From an uncultured Acidobacteriota bacterium (GTDB lineage Bacteria; Acidobacteriota; Vicinamibacteria; Vicinamibacterales; 2-12-FULL-66-21), in assembly GCA_963844245.1 (NCBI GenBank), contig CAWJNJ010000012.1, positions 12,339 to 76,338 on the forward strand: a stretch of DNA of 64,000 nucleotides. The letters run 5' to 3'. The notes under the pieces are model-generated. The model was not told where the DNA came from. It ran no database searches and saw only the letters and a program-made list of their open reading frames with translations. Shown in pieces: positions 29,518 to 40,576 of this stretch (positions within the stretch are counted from its first letter, which is position 1; each line of letters opens with the position of its first letter). The position numbers and the translations under genes were made by a program.

Positions 29518-31528
29518 CAGTTCCGGCTCCCGGCCAGCCCGAGATCCTTCGACCGGAGCTGCTTCACCTTGTCGCGTAGCTTGGCGGCTTTCTCGAACTC
29601 GAGGTTGGCCGCCGCCGCTTTCATCTGCGCCTGCAGCATCGTGATGTGCGCTTCGAGTTCGCCATGCGTCCGGAACATATCGTCATCGTCTTTCGCCACG
29701 GTGACGTAATCGCGCTCGTAAACGCTGCTCATGATCTCATCGATGCTCTTGACGATGGACGTCGGCGTGATGCCGTTTTCGACGTTGTAGGCCTGCTGGA
29801 TCTTCCGGCGCCGTTCGGTCTCGTTGAGGGCGAACTTCATCGAATCCGTCACCCGGTCCGCATACATCAAGGCGCGGCCGTTCACGTTACGCGCCGCGCG
29901 GCCCACGGTCTGGATCAACGAGCCGCCCGACCGGAGGAAGCCTTCCTTGTCGGCATCGAGGATGGCGACGAGCGAGACCTCCGGAAGATCCAAACCCTCA
30001 CGCAGCAGGTTTATTCCCACCGAGGACGTCGAACTCGCCGCGCCGCAGGTCGCGCAGGATCTGGATCCGCTCCAGCGTGTCGATGTCGGAGTGCAGGTAG
30101 CGGACCTTCACCCCGAGTTCCTGGTAGTACCTGGGTCAGATCCTCCGCCATGCGCTTGGTCAGCACCGTCACCAGCACGCGCTCACCGCGGCCCGTGCGC
30201 TCGCGAATCTCGCCGAGGAGGTCGTCGACCTGGCCCTTGACCGGACGGATGTCGATCACCGGATCGAGCAGGCCGGTCGGCCGGATGATCTGCTCGACGA
30301 CGGCGCCGCCCGAATGCTGGAGCTCATACGGTCCCGGCGTCGCCGAGACGAAGAGCTGCTGGCCGACGCGCGCTTCCCACTCCTCGAAGTTCAGCGGCCG
30401 GTTGTCCATCGCGGACGGCAGCCGGAACCCATAGGCGACCAGGACCTCTTTGCGGGACCGGTCCCCGAAGTACATCCCGCGAACCTGCGGCACGGTCTGG
30501 TGGCTTTCGTCCACCACCGTCAAGGCGTCAGCCGGCAGGTAATCGAGCAGCGTCGGCGGCGGCAGTCCGGGCGCGCGGCCGGTCAGATGCCGCGCGTAAT
30601 TCTCGATGCCGTGGCAGTACCCGATCTCCTTGATCATCTCGAGGTCGAACATCGTCCGCTGATGGAGCCGGTGCGCTTCGAGGACCTTGCCTTCAGACTC
30701 CAGCTTCGACCGATACCACTCGAGCTCGGCCTTGATGGTTTCAACCGCGGCCTTGGTACGGTCCCTCGATGTCACGAAGTGGGTCTTCGGGTAGATCGCG
30801 ACCTTGTCGTGACGCTTCTGCGTCTTGCCGGTGAGCGGGTCGAACGACACCAGCTCGTCGACTTCGTCGCCGAACAGTTCGATCCGGATCGCGGTGTCTT
30901 CATACGACGGGACGACTTCGATGATGTCGCCGCGAACGCGGAAGACGCCGCGCTTGAACTCGTGGTCGTTGCGCTCGTACTGGATCTCGACCAGCTTGCG
31001 CAGGATCTGCTCGCGGTCGATCTTCTGGCCCCGCTCGAGCGGCAGCATCATCCCGTAGTACGCCTCGGGTGAGCCGAGGCCGTAGATACATGAGACGCTC
31101 GAAACGATGATGACGTCTCGACGTTCGAACAGCGAGCGGGTCGCCGACAGCCGCATGCGATCGATCTCTTCGTTGATCGTCGCTTCCTTCTCGATGTACG
31201 AGTCGGTGGTCGGAACGTAGGCTTCGGGCTGGTAGTAGTCGTAATAGCTGACGAAATACTCGACCGCGTTCTCGGGAAAGAACCGCTTGAACTCCAGATA
31301 GAGCTGGGCGGCGAGCGTCTTGTTGTGCGCCATCACCAGCGTCGGCCGGTTGACGCGGGCGATGCACTGCGCCACGGTGAAGGTCTTGCCGGATCCGGTG
31401 ACGCCAAGCAGGACCTGCGCCTTGTCGCCACGGTTCAACCCGTCGACGAGTTCGTCGATGGCACGCGCCTGGTCGCCGCGCAGCTCGAAGTCTGTAACCA
31501 GCTTGAACTGGTCGTACTTGGATGACAT
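29517..31528 (-). CDS. uvrB: Excinuclease ABC subunit B; frameshifts near 30020-30135
   Basis: [46 protein letters not shown]-terminal UVR domain FEKAAKLRD. Confidence 0.96.
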
Positions 31529-31623
31529 CGTGTGTTGGGGTGGTACAGAGCGCCGTTTCACCCTGACGGCAGTCTCCGATCGTACCACATGGGTCGTATC
31601 CGGAACGACCCGGACCGGGCGCA

Positions 31624-32533
31624 TCAGGAGGGTTTGTAAGGGGCGTAGTAGCCGGCCCGCGTACAGAATCTTGACGTTCTTCAGCTCAGGCTTGTTCACC
31701 AGCCGGACCTTCACGTCCCGCCACTGGCCGTCCATCTTCGTGTTGCTGGAAATGTAGCCAAGGCTGTAGCGGCCGGCAATCTCGCGCAGGATCTTGTCGT
31801 ACATCTTGTCCAGCTCGTCGACGGACGTCGGAAAGAATGCCTGGCCGCCGGTCGTGGTCGCGAAGCGGTCGAGGATCTGCTGCTGCTCGCCGCGCCCGCT
31901 CCCCTGGTGTTGCAGGTAACCGATCGAATAGACGGTCACGTCAGACGCCTTGAGCAGGTCGAGCAACTCCGACTGGCGGATCGCGCTGCGAGTATCCCCG
32001 CCGTCGGTGTAAAGCACGAGGATCTTGTCCCCGGTTTGCTGCGAGGCCCCGTTGAGGTAGACGCCGAGCGCGTCATAGAGCGCGGTATAGCCGTCCGGTT
32101 TGCGGGAACGAATGCGCTCGATCAGGCGGGGAAAATCGTCCGGGCCGAAACGGGCGACGCGGACCTCTGTATCGAAATCCGCGACCGTGACGTCGGTGAT
32201 GTTCTCGACCCGGTTCAGGAACTTGATCGCCGCGGTCCGGACATCGGCGATGTCCTTGATCATGCTGCCGCTGTTATCGATCATGAACCCGAGGTGCAGG
32301 GGCGGGGCGCTGACCGGCTCACCGCCCGCGAAGAACTGGAGTGTCTGCCGCGTCCCCTGCTCCACGATCTCGAAGTCCTCGGCCTTCAGGCCCAGGATCG
32401 GCACGCCCTGCTTGTCGGTGACGACGACACCGAAATGCACGAGGTCGACTCTGGCGCGGAACGGCTGCTGGCCGCGAGCCACGAGGCCGGCCGCACCGAG
32501 CAGAATCACCAGGCATGCCACCGTCCGACGCAT
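31624..32533 (-). CDS. Acidobacterial VWA domain protein; frameshift at the C-terminus
   Basis: Signal peptide, [13 protein letters not shown] (MIDAS), TALYDAL, TDGGD, YSLGY. True end [11 protein letters not shown] is in another frame. Confidence 0.88.
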
Positions 32534-32551
32534 AAGGGTCTCCCGCAACGC

Positions 32552-34961
32552 TCAGAACACTTTGAAGGCCGAGACACGAATCACGTGCGTGCCGCGCCCA
32601 CCATCAGCATTCACTCCTCTGAACCCGTAGCCCCACTCCACTGACGCGAGCAAACCAAACGGCGCGGGGGTTTCGAGCGCTGCCCCGACACCGGTGTAGT
32701 TCCGATAGCCGGTGCCGAAACCGCGATCCCGCACGTACGCGGTGTCGACGAACCCGTCCAGCCTGGCAAACGTCGTGATCGGCCACGCCACCGCGCCGCG
32801 AAGAACGGCGCCGCGGTCATACCGGATGAGCGCCGCTGGATACCCGCGCAACCGGTTGTCGAACGTCCCGAACGAATACCGGCTGAAGCGGTCGAGGCCG
32901 GTCCCTGCCATCACGGCGCCCTCGATCCGCGCGATCGCCGCGGACGTCAGCGGCATCGAGCGCGAGAGGCTGGCCCCGTAGCGCTGCAGCGTGGCGTGCG
33001 AGGGATCGTAGTCGCCGTCGCGCCCCCACGGCGCCCACCCCGTTCGCCGGGCCGGGTTCCACCAGATCGATCCAGCCCACCCGGAGCGCTGAGCGTCGAT
33101 CGCCAGCCTCGCCCCGTGCAGCACCTGGTCCGCCGGGACCGCGAAGTCATCCGCCGTCTCCGGTGCCGCCTCGAGGCGAGTGTAGTCCAGTTCGTATCCC
33201 AGCCGGATCGAGACGCGCGGGGTCAGCGGACGCAGCAGCCACGCGGAAACGTGAGCCGGCCGCTGCCGGATGTTCTCGTCGTAGATTTCGGCGCCGGCGC
33301 GGAAGGATCGGTCGTTGTACGACGTGGCAATGCCGAAGGCACGCCCGGCGAGCTGCCAGCGGCTGCCGGCGACCGACGGCGTCGAGAAGGCGGCTTGCAA
33401 ATAGCTGCCACCGAAGAATGCATTGAGCTGCGTGCCGCTGCCGAACAGGTCGAAATTGACGTAGCTCAAGCCCGCGAACGGCAACGGCACGCTGATATTC
33501 GGATCCACAATCACACCGGCCGCGAGCGTTCGCACACTGGCGGCTCGCGCCGCCAGCTCCGGGACGATCGTGATCGGCGTCTCGCCGGTGGTGGCTTTCG
33601 GCGCATCACGCTTCAAGTAGCGGTATCCGTCGGCCGTGTCACGCAGCATCACCGACGATGACGCGTACGCGGACTGTAAGCGCAGGGCGAAGTTCGCGGG
33701 ATTCACCTCGTGGCCGGTGATCCGAAGCAGACGATGGATCGGGGTGCGGTGGCCGGGGCCCTCGTAAATCTGGCGGACGTCTGATTGTTCGAGCAGCCAG
33801 ACGCCAGGCGCGGTTTCGCGAAAGTCGTCCACCTGCTCGGACGACACGATCGCACCGCGCAAACGGGTTTGTGCGGCGGCGACGCGCACCATCGCGAAGC
33901 TGTCCATCGCGATCCAGGCGCGGCCTGTGAACAGCGACGCGTTCCGATCGATCGGCGTGAAGGCGACGATGTAGCAGCGGACGCCCTGGCGCGTCTCCTC
34001 GCCATCCAGCTGATAGCGATAGAGGTCTGAGAGCGTGATCGCGAGCGGCGGCGAGACGACCCGTTCGGGTTCGATGATCGGGAGCCGCGGCACACCGCTG
34101 CCGCGAAACTCGATCCCGTTGACGCGAATCGTTCGCTGCTCCAGCTCGGTCCGGTCTGGTGCCGTGTAGATGACGGTGTCGGACGCGATCGTCACCGGCG
34201 CCGGAAAGCCGGGTGCCTCGAAGGTCAGCGTCATCGCGCCGCTCGAGATCGTGTGCGTGACCCGCGCCGCCTGCCGCCGCGCCACGGCCTGGTGCCGCGC
34301 GATGATCTCGTCCACGGTCAGCTGTCGCGCCCCGCGCACTTCGACGTCCTCGCTGTATCCCTCGGCCGGTGCGGTGGCGGCCTTCGCCGCCTGCGCCAGC
34401 AGATCGCGCGCCTCCAGCACATCGGCCGGCGCATGCATCACCCAGATGTCCGTGCCACCGCGGCGAGTCGCCTCGAGGGCCGCGCGGACGTCCGTGCCCG
34501 GCAGAAGCGCCCAGAACGGGCGGCCAGTCACGACCGGCGTCGCCCCCACCAGGACGTCCACGTAGCCGGCGAGATCCGCGAGGAAGGGGGCTCTCGAGAC
34601 GTCCATCGCGATGATCACGTCCGGCCCCAGGGCGGCTCGGAGTTCGGTGAGCCGGAGCTTCGACCGATATATCTGGTTAGGGTCAGTAGGCGCGGGGGGG
34701 AGGACAAACAGGGCCGGCCGCCCGCCGCGGCGGCGGACCAGCTCCATACCCGCCCGCAAGGCTTCGGTCGGGGCATCCTGCTCGCGTAACAAAATGGTAA
34801 TTCCCCCAGCGTCCTCGGGAAGGAGAAGCGCTTGGCCGGGGGCGATCGTAACCCCCAGACAGGCGCCGCACGCAGGGCCCTGGGCTGCCACGCGACCGGT
34901 CAGAAGCAGACCGACGGTCAGCAGCAGGGTCGCGGCATGTGCATATAATGAGCGTTCGGTC
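32552..34961 (-). CDS. Putative outer-membrane protein (signal peptide, beta-rich C-terminus)
   Basis: Signal peptide, alternating beta-strands in the C-terminal half, terminal Phe (…SAFKVF). Confidence 0.6.
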
Positions 34962-35010
34962 ATGATCACGGGGCGGTATGTGGGCAATGCCCACGAGGGG
35001 TTCCTCTGAC

Positions 35011-36441
35011 GTGCGCATCGTTGGCATCTGTCAGGACGAACTCGTCATTCGCACGCTCGACGACGTATTGAGGCCCAGCTTCGAGCTGGACTTCCTTGTC
35101 GAAAGCCGTCCGCTCGCGCGACGGCTGCATGACGCGGGGCTCGACGTCAAAGTCGGCGACCCGCGAAGGGTCGACACCTACCTCAAGGCCGGTATCTCCC
35201 CCACCACCTGCTTTCTCGTCGAAGACAACGGCAAGCGCAGCATCAAGAAGGTCCTCGCCGCCATCCGCGATGCGGGCGGCACACTCACTTACATCATCCA
35301 TACCGGCGCCGCCGTCACCCCTCGGAATTCCGATGCGTTGAAAGCGGACTTCCCGGATGCGGCGGACATGGACCTCTCCGAGCTCATCCGCCCGACGCTG
35401 GTGACCGAGTTGAGCCGGTCGATGACACGCGCGCGTGTCCAGCAGTACCAGCGCTACTTCGCCGACGCGGACCGGGTGCTGATCCTGCTTCACAACGACC
35501 CCGACCCCGACGCGCTGGCCAGCGGCCTGGCGCTGCGCAACCTGCTGCGCCGCACCAAGACAACGGCGATCATCGGCGCCATGCAGGGCGTGACTCGTCC
35601 CGAGAATCTGCGGATGGCGAACATGCTCGACATCCACGTCGAGCCGATCACGCCGGCATCGTTCCAGGAATTCGATCGCATCGCGACTGTCGACGTCCAG
35701 CCGCACTATTTCGGCGGGCTTCTGCTGCGGGCGGATCTCGTGATCGACCACCATCCCGAGCAGCCGGGCTACATCGCGGTCTTCAAGGATATTCGCGCCG
35801 ACTATGGCTCGACGTCGACGATTCTCACCGAGCACCTGCGCTCAGTCGACGTCAACATTTCGGAGCGGACCGCGACCGCCATGCTCTACGCGATCAAGTC
35901 CGACACGCTGTTCTTCGCGCGTCACACCAATCGCGACGACCTCGAGGCCTTCACGTTCCTCTACCCGCTGGCCGACGCCGCGCTCATCCGCAAGATGGAG
36001 GGGGCGGAAATCACGCTCGACCGTCTCAATTACGTGACCCGCGCCAGCCAGGGTGGCGAGATGCGTGAGCAGGTCTTCACGGCATTCATCGGCGAGGCGC
36101 CGCGCGAAGATTTCATTCCCTACACCGCCGACTTCTTCCTGCAGCTCGAAGACGTCAAGTGGACCATCATCGCCGGCATCGTCGGCAACTGCCTGATCGT
36201 CAGCGTGCGGAACCTGGGCTACTCGCGGAACGCCGGTGAGTTCGTGAAACGCTGGTTTGCCGACATCGGCAGCGCCGGCGGCCACCGCGCGATGGCGAAG
36301 GCGGTTGTTCCGATCGACAAGTTCCGCCAGAAGTTCGGCGACCTCGAGGGCCGGGCGATGACGACGAAGATCGCCGACATGGCCGAGCAGTTCCTCAAGG
36401 AAGCGGCGCCGGACAAGAAGAAAGAGCCTGTCGCTCGCTAA
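35011..36441 (+). CDS. DHH/DHHA1 phosphoesterase with N-terminal TrkA_N/RCK-like domain
   Basis: HNDPDPDALAS, TVD, VIDHH, YGSTSTI, AIKSDT, SAGGHRAMA. N-terminus has a Rossmann-like ..VKVGDP.. segment. Confidence 0.85.
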   Translation: MRIVGICQDELVIRTLDDVLRPSFELDFLVESRPLARRLHDAGLDVKVGDPRRVDTYLKAGISPTTCFLVEDNGKRSIKKVLAAIRDAGGTLTYIIHTGAAVTPRNSDALKADFPDAADMDLSELIRPTLVTELSRSMTRARVQQYQRYFADADRVLILLHNDPDPDALASGLALRNLLRRTKTTAIIGAMQGVTRPENLRMANMLDIHVEPITPASFQEFDRIATVDVQPHYFGGLLLRADLVIDHHPEQPGYIAVFKDIRADYGSTSTILTEHLRSVDVNISERTATAMLYAIKSDTLFFARHTNRDDLEAFTFLYPLADAALIRKMEGAEITLDRLNYVTRASQGGEMREQVFTAFIGEAPREDFIPYTADFFLQLEDVKWTIIAGIVGNCLIVSVRNLGYSRNAGEFVKRWFADIGSAGGHRAMAKAVVPIDKFRQKFGDLEGRAMTTKIADMAEQFLKEAAPDKKKEPVAR

Positions 36442-37652
36442 CGCGCTCGCTCTGCTCCATATTCCCTTTTCCCTTTTCCCTCTTCCATGTTGTTGCCGAG
36501 CGCTTGATCGAGATCGGCAATCAGGTCGTCCGCGTCTTCCATCCCCACCGACAACCTCGCCATCGAATGCGTCACCCCGGCGCGCTGCAGCTCCTCTTCC
36601 GAATGGCCCCACTGTGAGGTAAGGACGGGCAGGCTGCAGAGGCTTTCGACACCGCCGAGCGACGCGGCGCGCTGAAAGATGGAGAGCCGATCGAAGAAGC
36701 GGGCGGCGGCGTCGTAGCCGCCGTGGATGTCGATGCACAGCATGCCGCCGAACCCTTTCATCTGGCGGCGGGCGATCTCGTGATCGGGGTGCTGCGGCAA
36801 CCCGGGATAGTAAACGGTCTTGACGCGCTTGTCGGTTGAGAGCCACTGTGCGACCGACATGGCGGTGGCGTTGTGGCGTTCCATCCTGACCGCGAGCGTC
36901 TTCAAGCCTCGACCCAGGGCATACGCCGCGTACGGGTCCAGGATCGCACCCAGCATGCGGCGTGCCTTCTGCACCGGCTCGAGCAGACCGGCTGGCCCGG
37001 CCAGGACACCGGCGGTCACATCACTGTGGCCGTTCAGATACTTGGTCGCGCTGTGCATGACGAGGTCGACGCCGAGCGCGATCGGCTGCTGATTGATGGG
37101 GCTCGCGAACGTGTTGTCGATCACCGAGATCACGCCTCGACTCCGGCAGGCGTTGGCGACGGCGGCGATATCGACGCACCGCAGGGTCGGGTTGATCGGC
37201 GACTCGAACCAGACGAGACGCGTCGCATCCGAGATGACGGACTCGGGCCTGGCGAGTTCCTCGATGGTGGCGAAGCGGGCACGGATTCCGAACTTCGACA
37301 AGAGGTCCGCGATCAGGTGCAGCGTGCCTCCATAGATCGCCGAGCTGCAGACAATCTCGTCCCCGGCCTTCAGCAATCCGATCAAGGCGGTTGTCGTCGC
37401 GGCCTGCCCGCTCGCAAAGAGCATCGCGGTTTCGGCGAGCTCCAGCTTCGCAATCTTCTGCTCGACCGTCGTGAGCGTGGGATTGCCATACCGGGTGTAG
37501 AGATACTTCTTCGAGCGCCCCTCGTTGTAGTCCCGCACTTCCTCCGCACTGTTGAACACGAAGGTCGTGGTCTCGTAGATGGGCGTGGTGAGCGGCTCGG
37601 CGTCCTTCAAGACACCTGTGGCGCGTTGCACGAGCTGGGTCGCGATCTTCAT
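36438..37652 (-). CDS. PLP-dependent trans-sulfuration enzyme (Cys/Met metabolism family)
   Basis: YTRYGNPT, ESPINPT, DNTFASP, HSATKYLNGHSD, ASLGGVESL, RLSVGMED. Confidence 0.92.
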   Translation of the reverse strand: MKIATQLVQRATGVLKDAEPLTTPIYETTTFVFNSAEEVRDYNEGRSKKYLYTRYGNPTLTTVEQKIAKLELAETAMLFASGQAATTTALIGLLKAGDEIVCSSAIYGGTLHLIADLLSKFGIRARFATIEELARPESVISDATRLVWFESPINPTLRCVDIAAVANACRSRGVISVIDNTFASPINQQPIALGVDLVMHSATKYLNGHSDVTAGVLAGPAGLLEPVQKARRMLGAILDPYAAYALGRGLKTLAVRMERHNATAMSVAQWLSTDKRVKTVYYPGLPQHPDHEIARRQMKGFGGMLCIDIHGGYDAAARFFDRLSIFQRAASLGGVESLCSLPVLTSQWGHSEEELQRAGVTHSMARLSVGMEDADDLIADLDQALGNNMEEGKGKREYGAERAR

Positions 37653-37661
37653 GGGGGAAGC

Positions 37662-39123
37662 CTACAGCTGGGAAGGGGCGGTCTGACCGCCATTGACGCG
37701 TTGGACCGGTTCGGCCGGTTCCGCACCGGCGCCTACGACCGGTTCGATGAACTGCCGGTAGGCGTCTTCGTAACCGCGGTCGACGAGTTCGGCGACAGTC
37801 TGACGCCGGTCGGAACGCTCGTCGTAAACGCCGCGAAAGTCGAGCGGCGCGAGCGGGTTGTGCAGCGGGCGGACCAGGAAAATCGACGCGAATCGCCCTG
37901 TGAACTGCTCGAGGGCATCACGCAGGGATGCGGTCTCAAACGCGCCCAGCTGTTCACCGGCGCGGCCACGAAGGTCGGTGCGCCCGGAACTCAGCTCGTG
38001 GGCCCGGCCCTGGGACGGCGAGGCCGAGACGAGAATCACCTGTTCCGCCCCGGCGGCCGCCGCCTCTTCGATCAGACGCGCGAGCCCCTCCGGCCGATCG
38101 CACAGCCGATGCGCTTCGCCGCGCCACGGCCCCTCGGACGAGAAGCGGACCAGGTGCGGCTCCGTCGCAAGCGGCACGGCGAGCGCCCCTTCGAGACAGT
38201 CGAGCGCATGTTCCCTGGCGACGCCCGACAGATCGAACGCCTCAATCCCGCGGGTGCCGGGTTCCGAGGCCGCGCGCGAGAAGAACCGGCTGCGATGCGC
38301 GGTGCCGAGCAGAGCGAAGACGACATCGCGCCGGGCGTCCATGTCATGCGCCGTGACGAGCACTTCGCGAAAGCCAGGCTGGCCCAGGTTCTCGGTCAGC
38401 AGCTCGACGTACTTGCGCGCCAGTTCCAGGCGCGCCGGCGCCGCCAGCGGCGCGGCACCGCGAATCAGGTTCCACAGTTCAGCCGTGCAGCGGGCGACGA
38501 GACGTTCCGAGGAGAGCGGCGCGCCGAGGAGACGCCACAGGAGGCTGCGCCTCGATCGTCGCCTCGTCGGGTCGCGGACGTAGGACGCGATCAGGGCGGC
38601 CGCCAAAATCGCTGCGGCGGCAAGCATCGCGAAGAGCACCAGGCGCGGGATGATCGTCGGGAGTGCGGCAGGCGCAAAGAGTGTGTCGATCCAGCCCGTA
38701 AACCAGGTCGTGAGTTTGGTCCCCGCGGTCTCAAGGCCAAGCAGGGTCACGAGCAGTCCCGACGAGTCCGACCAGGACCGCGGCCGCCAGGAGTGCGAGC
38801 GGCAGCAACAGCACCAGCCCGGCGACCAGCAGCGCGTAGCCCGCGTACTGCAGCGGCCGGCGCCATCCATAGAAGCCGGCGGCCGACCGGTCCTTCCACA
38901 CGCCGGCAGCTTCCCAGAGCCTGGCACCGCCATCGATCGCGGCAAAGAGCGCCGACGCCGCGCCGACGCCGCGGCCCCCCACCATGTCGATCTTGATGCC
39001 GGCTTCGTGGAGCGCGCGAAGCACGCCCGCATGGTAGGCGCCCGCCGTGCCGGTACCGGTAAAGAGGAGTGCCGTGCGGAGGCGCGTCGAGTACGCTCGA
39101 TCCGGTGACTCCGGCGTGATCAC
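37662..39123 (-). CDS. Patatin-like protein with degenerate catalytic motifs; frameshift near 38760
   Basis: ALLFTGTGTAGAYHAGVLRALHEAGIKIDMVGGRGVGA; internal TM hairpin. Confidence 0.72.
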
Positions 39124-39599
39124 GCCTTTGTGCCGTCCTCGTCGTGCAGCGTCACCAGCTTCACGATCTCGAATTGTCGCGTGCCATTGGGGGTGGTCAC
39201 GGTCACATCGTCACCCTCCTCCTTGTTCACCAGGGCGCGGCCGATCGGTGAAGCCGTCGAGATCATGCCCTGTTCGGGCGCCGCATCCTCCGGCATCACG
39301 AGCTGATAGACGATCGTCTGCCCCTGCTCATCCTTCAATGTCACCGTGGATCCGAACCCGACCCGATCGTGCGGGATCTTGTCCAGATTCATCAGTGAAA
39401 TCTCGCTGACGCGCTTCTGCAGCATGCTGATGCGCGATTCGACGAGGCGCTGCCGCTCTTTGGCCGCCTGGTACTCGGCATTCTCCCGGAGGTCGCCCAT
39501 CTCCCGGGCGCGCAGAATTTCGCGCGGCAACTCGGTTTTGAGCTCCTTGTCGAGCTGATGAATCTCGTCTTCGAACTTCTTCAGGATCCGGGCTTTCAT
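39120..39599 (-). CDS. greA: Transcription elongation factor GreA
   Basis: GDLRENAEYQAAKE, VGFGSTV, ISTASPIGRAL. Confidence 0.93.
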   Translation of the reverse strand: MKARILKKFEDEIHQLDKELKTELPREILRAREMGDLRENAEYQAAKERQRLVESRISMLQKRVSEISLMNLDKIPHDRVGFGSTVTLKDEQGQTIVYQLVMPEDAAPEQGMISTASPIGRALVNKEEGDDVTVTTPNGTRQFEIVKLVTLHDEDGTKA

Positions 39600-39626
39600 T
39601 TGACGAGATGGTAACACTTACGCGCG

Positions 39627-39713
39627 AACTGACGCAGAGGGTGCGGGAACTGACGCTGAGGGTGCGGTGACCTGACGCTGAGGGTGCGGGCACCTTCGCT
39701 GAGGGTGCGGTGG
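39627..39713. repeat. Four tandem 21-22 bp repeats
   Basis: Core CGC(A/T)GAGGGTGCGG, units starting at ~39627, 39648, 39670 and 39692. Confidence 0.85.
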
Positions 39714-39771
39714 CATTGCGTGGAGGTGGTGAGTGCCGCCTGCGGGAGCCTCTCCCGATACAATCGATGCC

Positions 39772-40576
39772 GTGGAACATATCAGCAGCCGGCAGAACCC
39801 GCTCGTCAAGCGGCTGCGGGATCTGGCGCGCGAGCGGGGGGACGGCGACGAGGTGCTGCTCGATGGTCCGCACCTGGTTCAGGAAGCGCTTGATGCCGGC
39901 CTCGAACTACAAGTCGCGGCGTTCGCCGCGGACGCGGCCCTCGGGACGGCTGGCACCGTTGGCGGCCGCGTGCGCAGCGCGCGGCGCACGCGTCGTCACC
40001 GCACCCGATAGCGTGCTGCTGATGATGAGCCCGGTGAAGCAGCCCGCCGGCGTCGTAGCAATGGCGCGACTGAAGAGCTCGTCGCTGCAGGCCGCCATCG
40101 CGGCCGGCACACCGCCACTGCTCCTGCTGCTCGATCACGTCCAGGATCCTGGGAACGTCGGTGCGATCATCCGGGCCGCTGAAGCGTGTGGCGCAACTGC
40201 CGTGATCACGGGCCCCGGTACGGCCGATCCGTTTGGATGGAAGGCACTCCGCGGCAGCATGGGTAGCGCGTTTCGCCTGCCGGTCGCGTCCACGCGCGAC
40301 CTCGGCGAGGCGATGCTGGCAGCGCGGGCGGCGGGCTTGCGCCTCTTCGCGACGGTCCCTCGCGGTGGCACCGCACTCGCGGAAGCCGTCCTCTCGCAAC
40401 CGAGCGCGATACTTCTTGGCGGCGAGGGGCCGGGGCTGCCCGACGAACTGGTGACGACGGCCGACGAGATGCTGACGATCCCGATGCAGCCGCCGGTCGA
40501 GTCGCTCAACGTCGCGATCGCGGCGGCCCTCATCCTCTACGAAGCATCACGCCAGAGGCTCAATGTCACTCTTTGA
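39772..40576 (+). CDS. TrmH/SpoU RNA methyltransferase; frameshift near 39940
   Basis: HISSRQNPLVK; LDHVQDPGNVGAIIRAAEA; GGEGPGL; IPM..VESLNVA. Confidence 0.9.

Noticed and set aside
30011-32548. 845-aa VWA-UvrB fusion ORF
   Set aside because: A frameshift near 31660 bypasses the natural VWA end ([11 protein letters not shown], 31624); uvrB has its own start at 31528.
39627-39713. Possible mini-CRISPR array
   Set aside because: Units are 21-22 bp with only ~7-8 variable bases, there are no unique spacers, and no cas genes are present.
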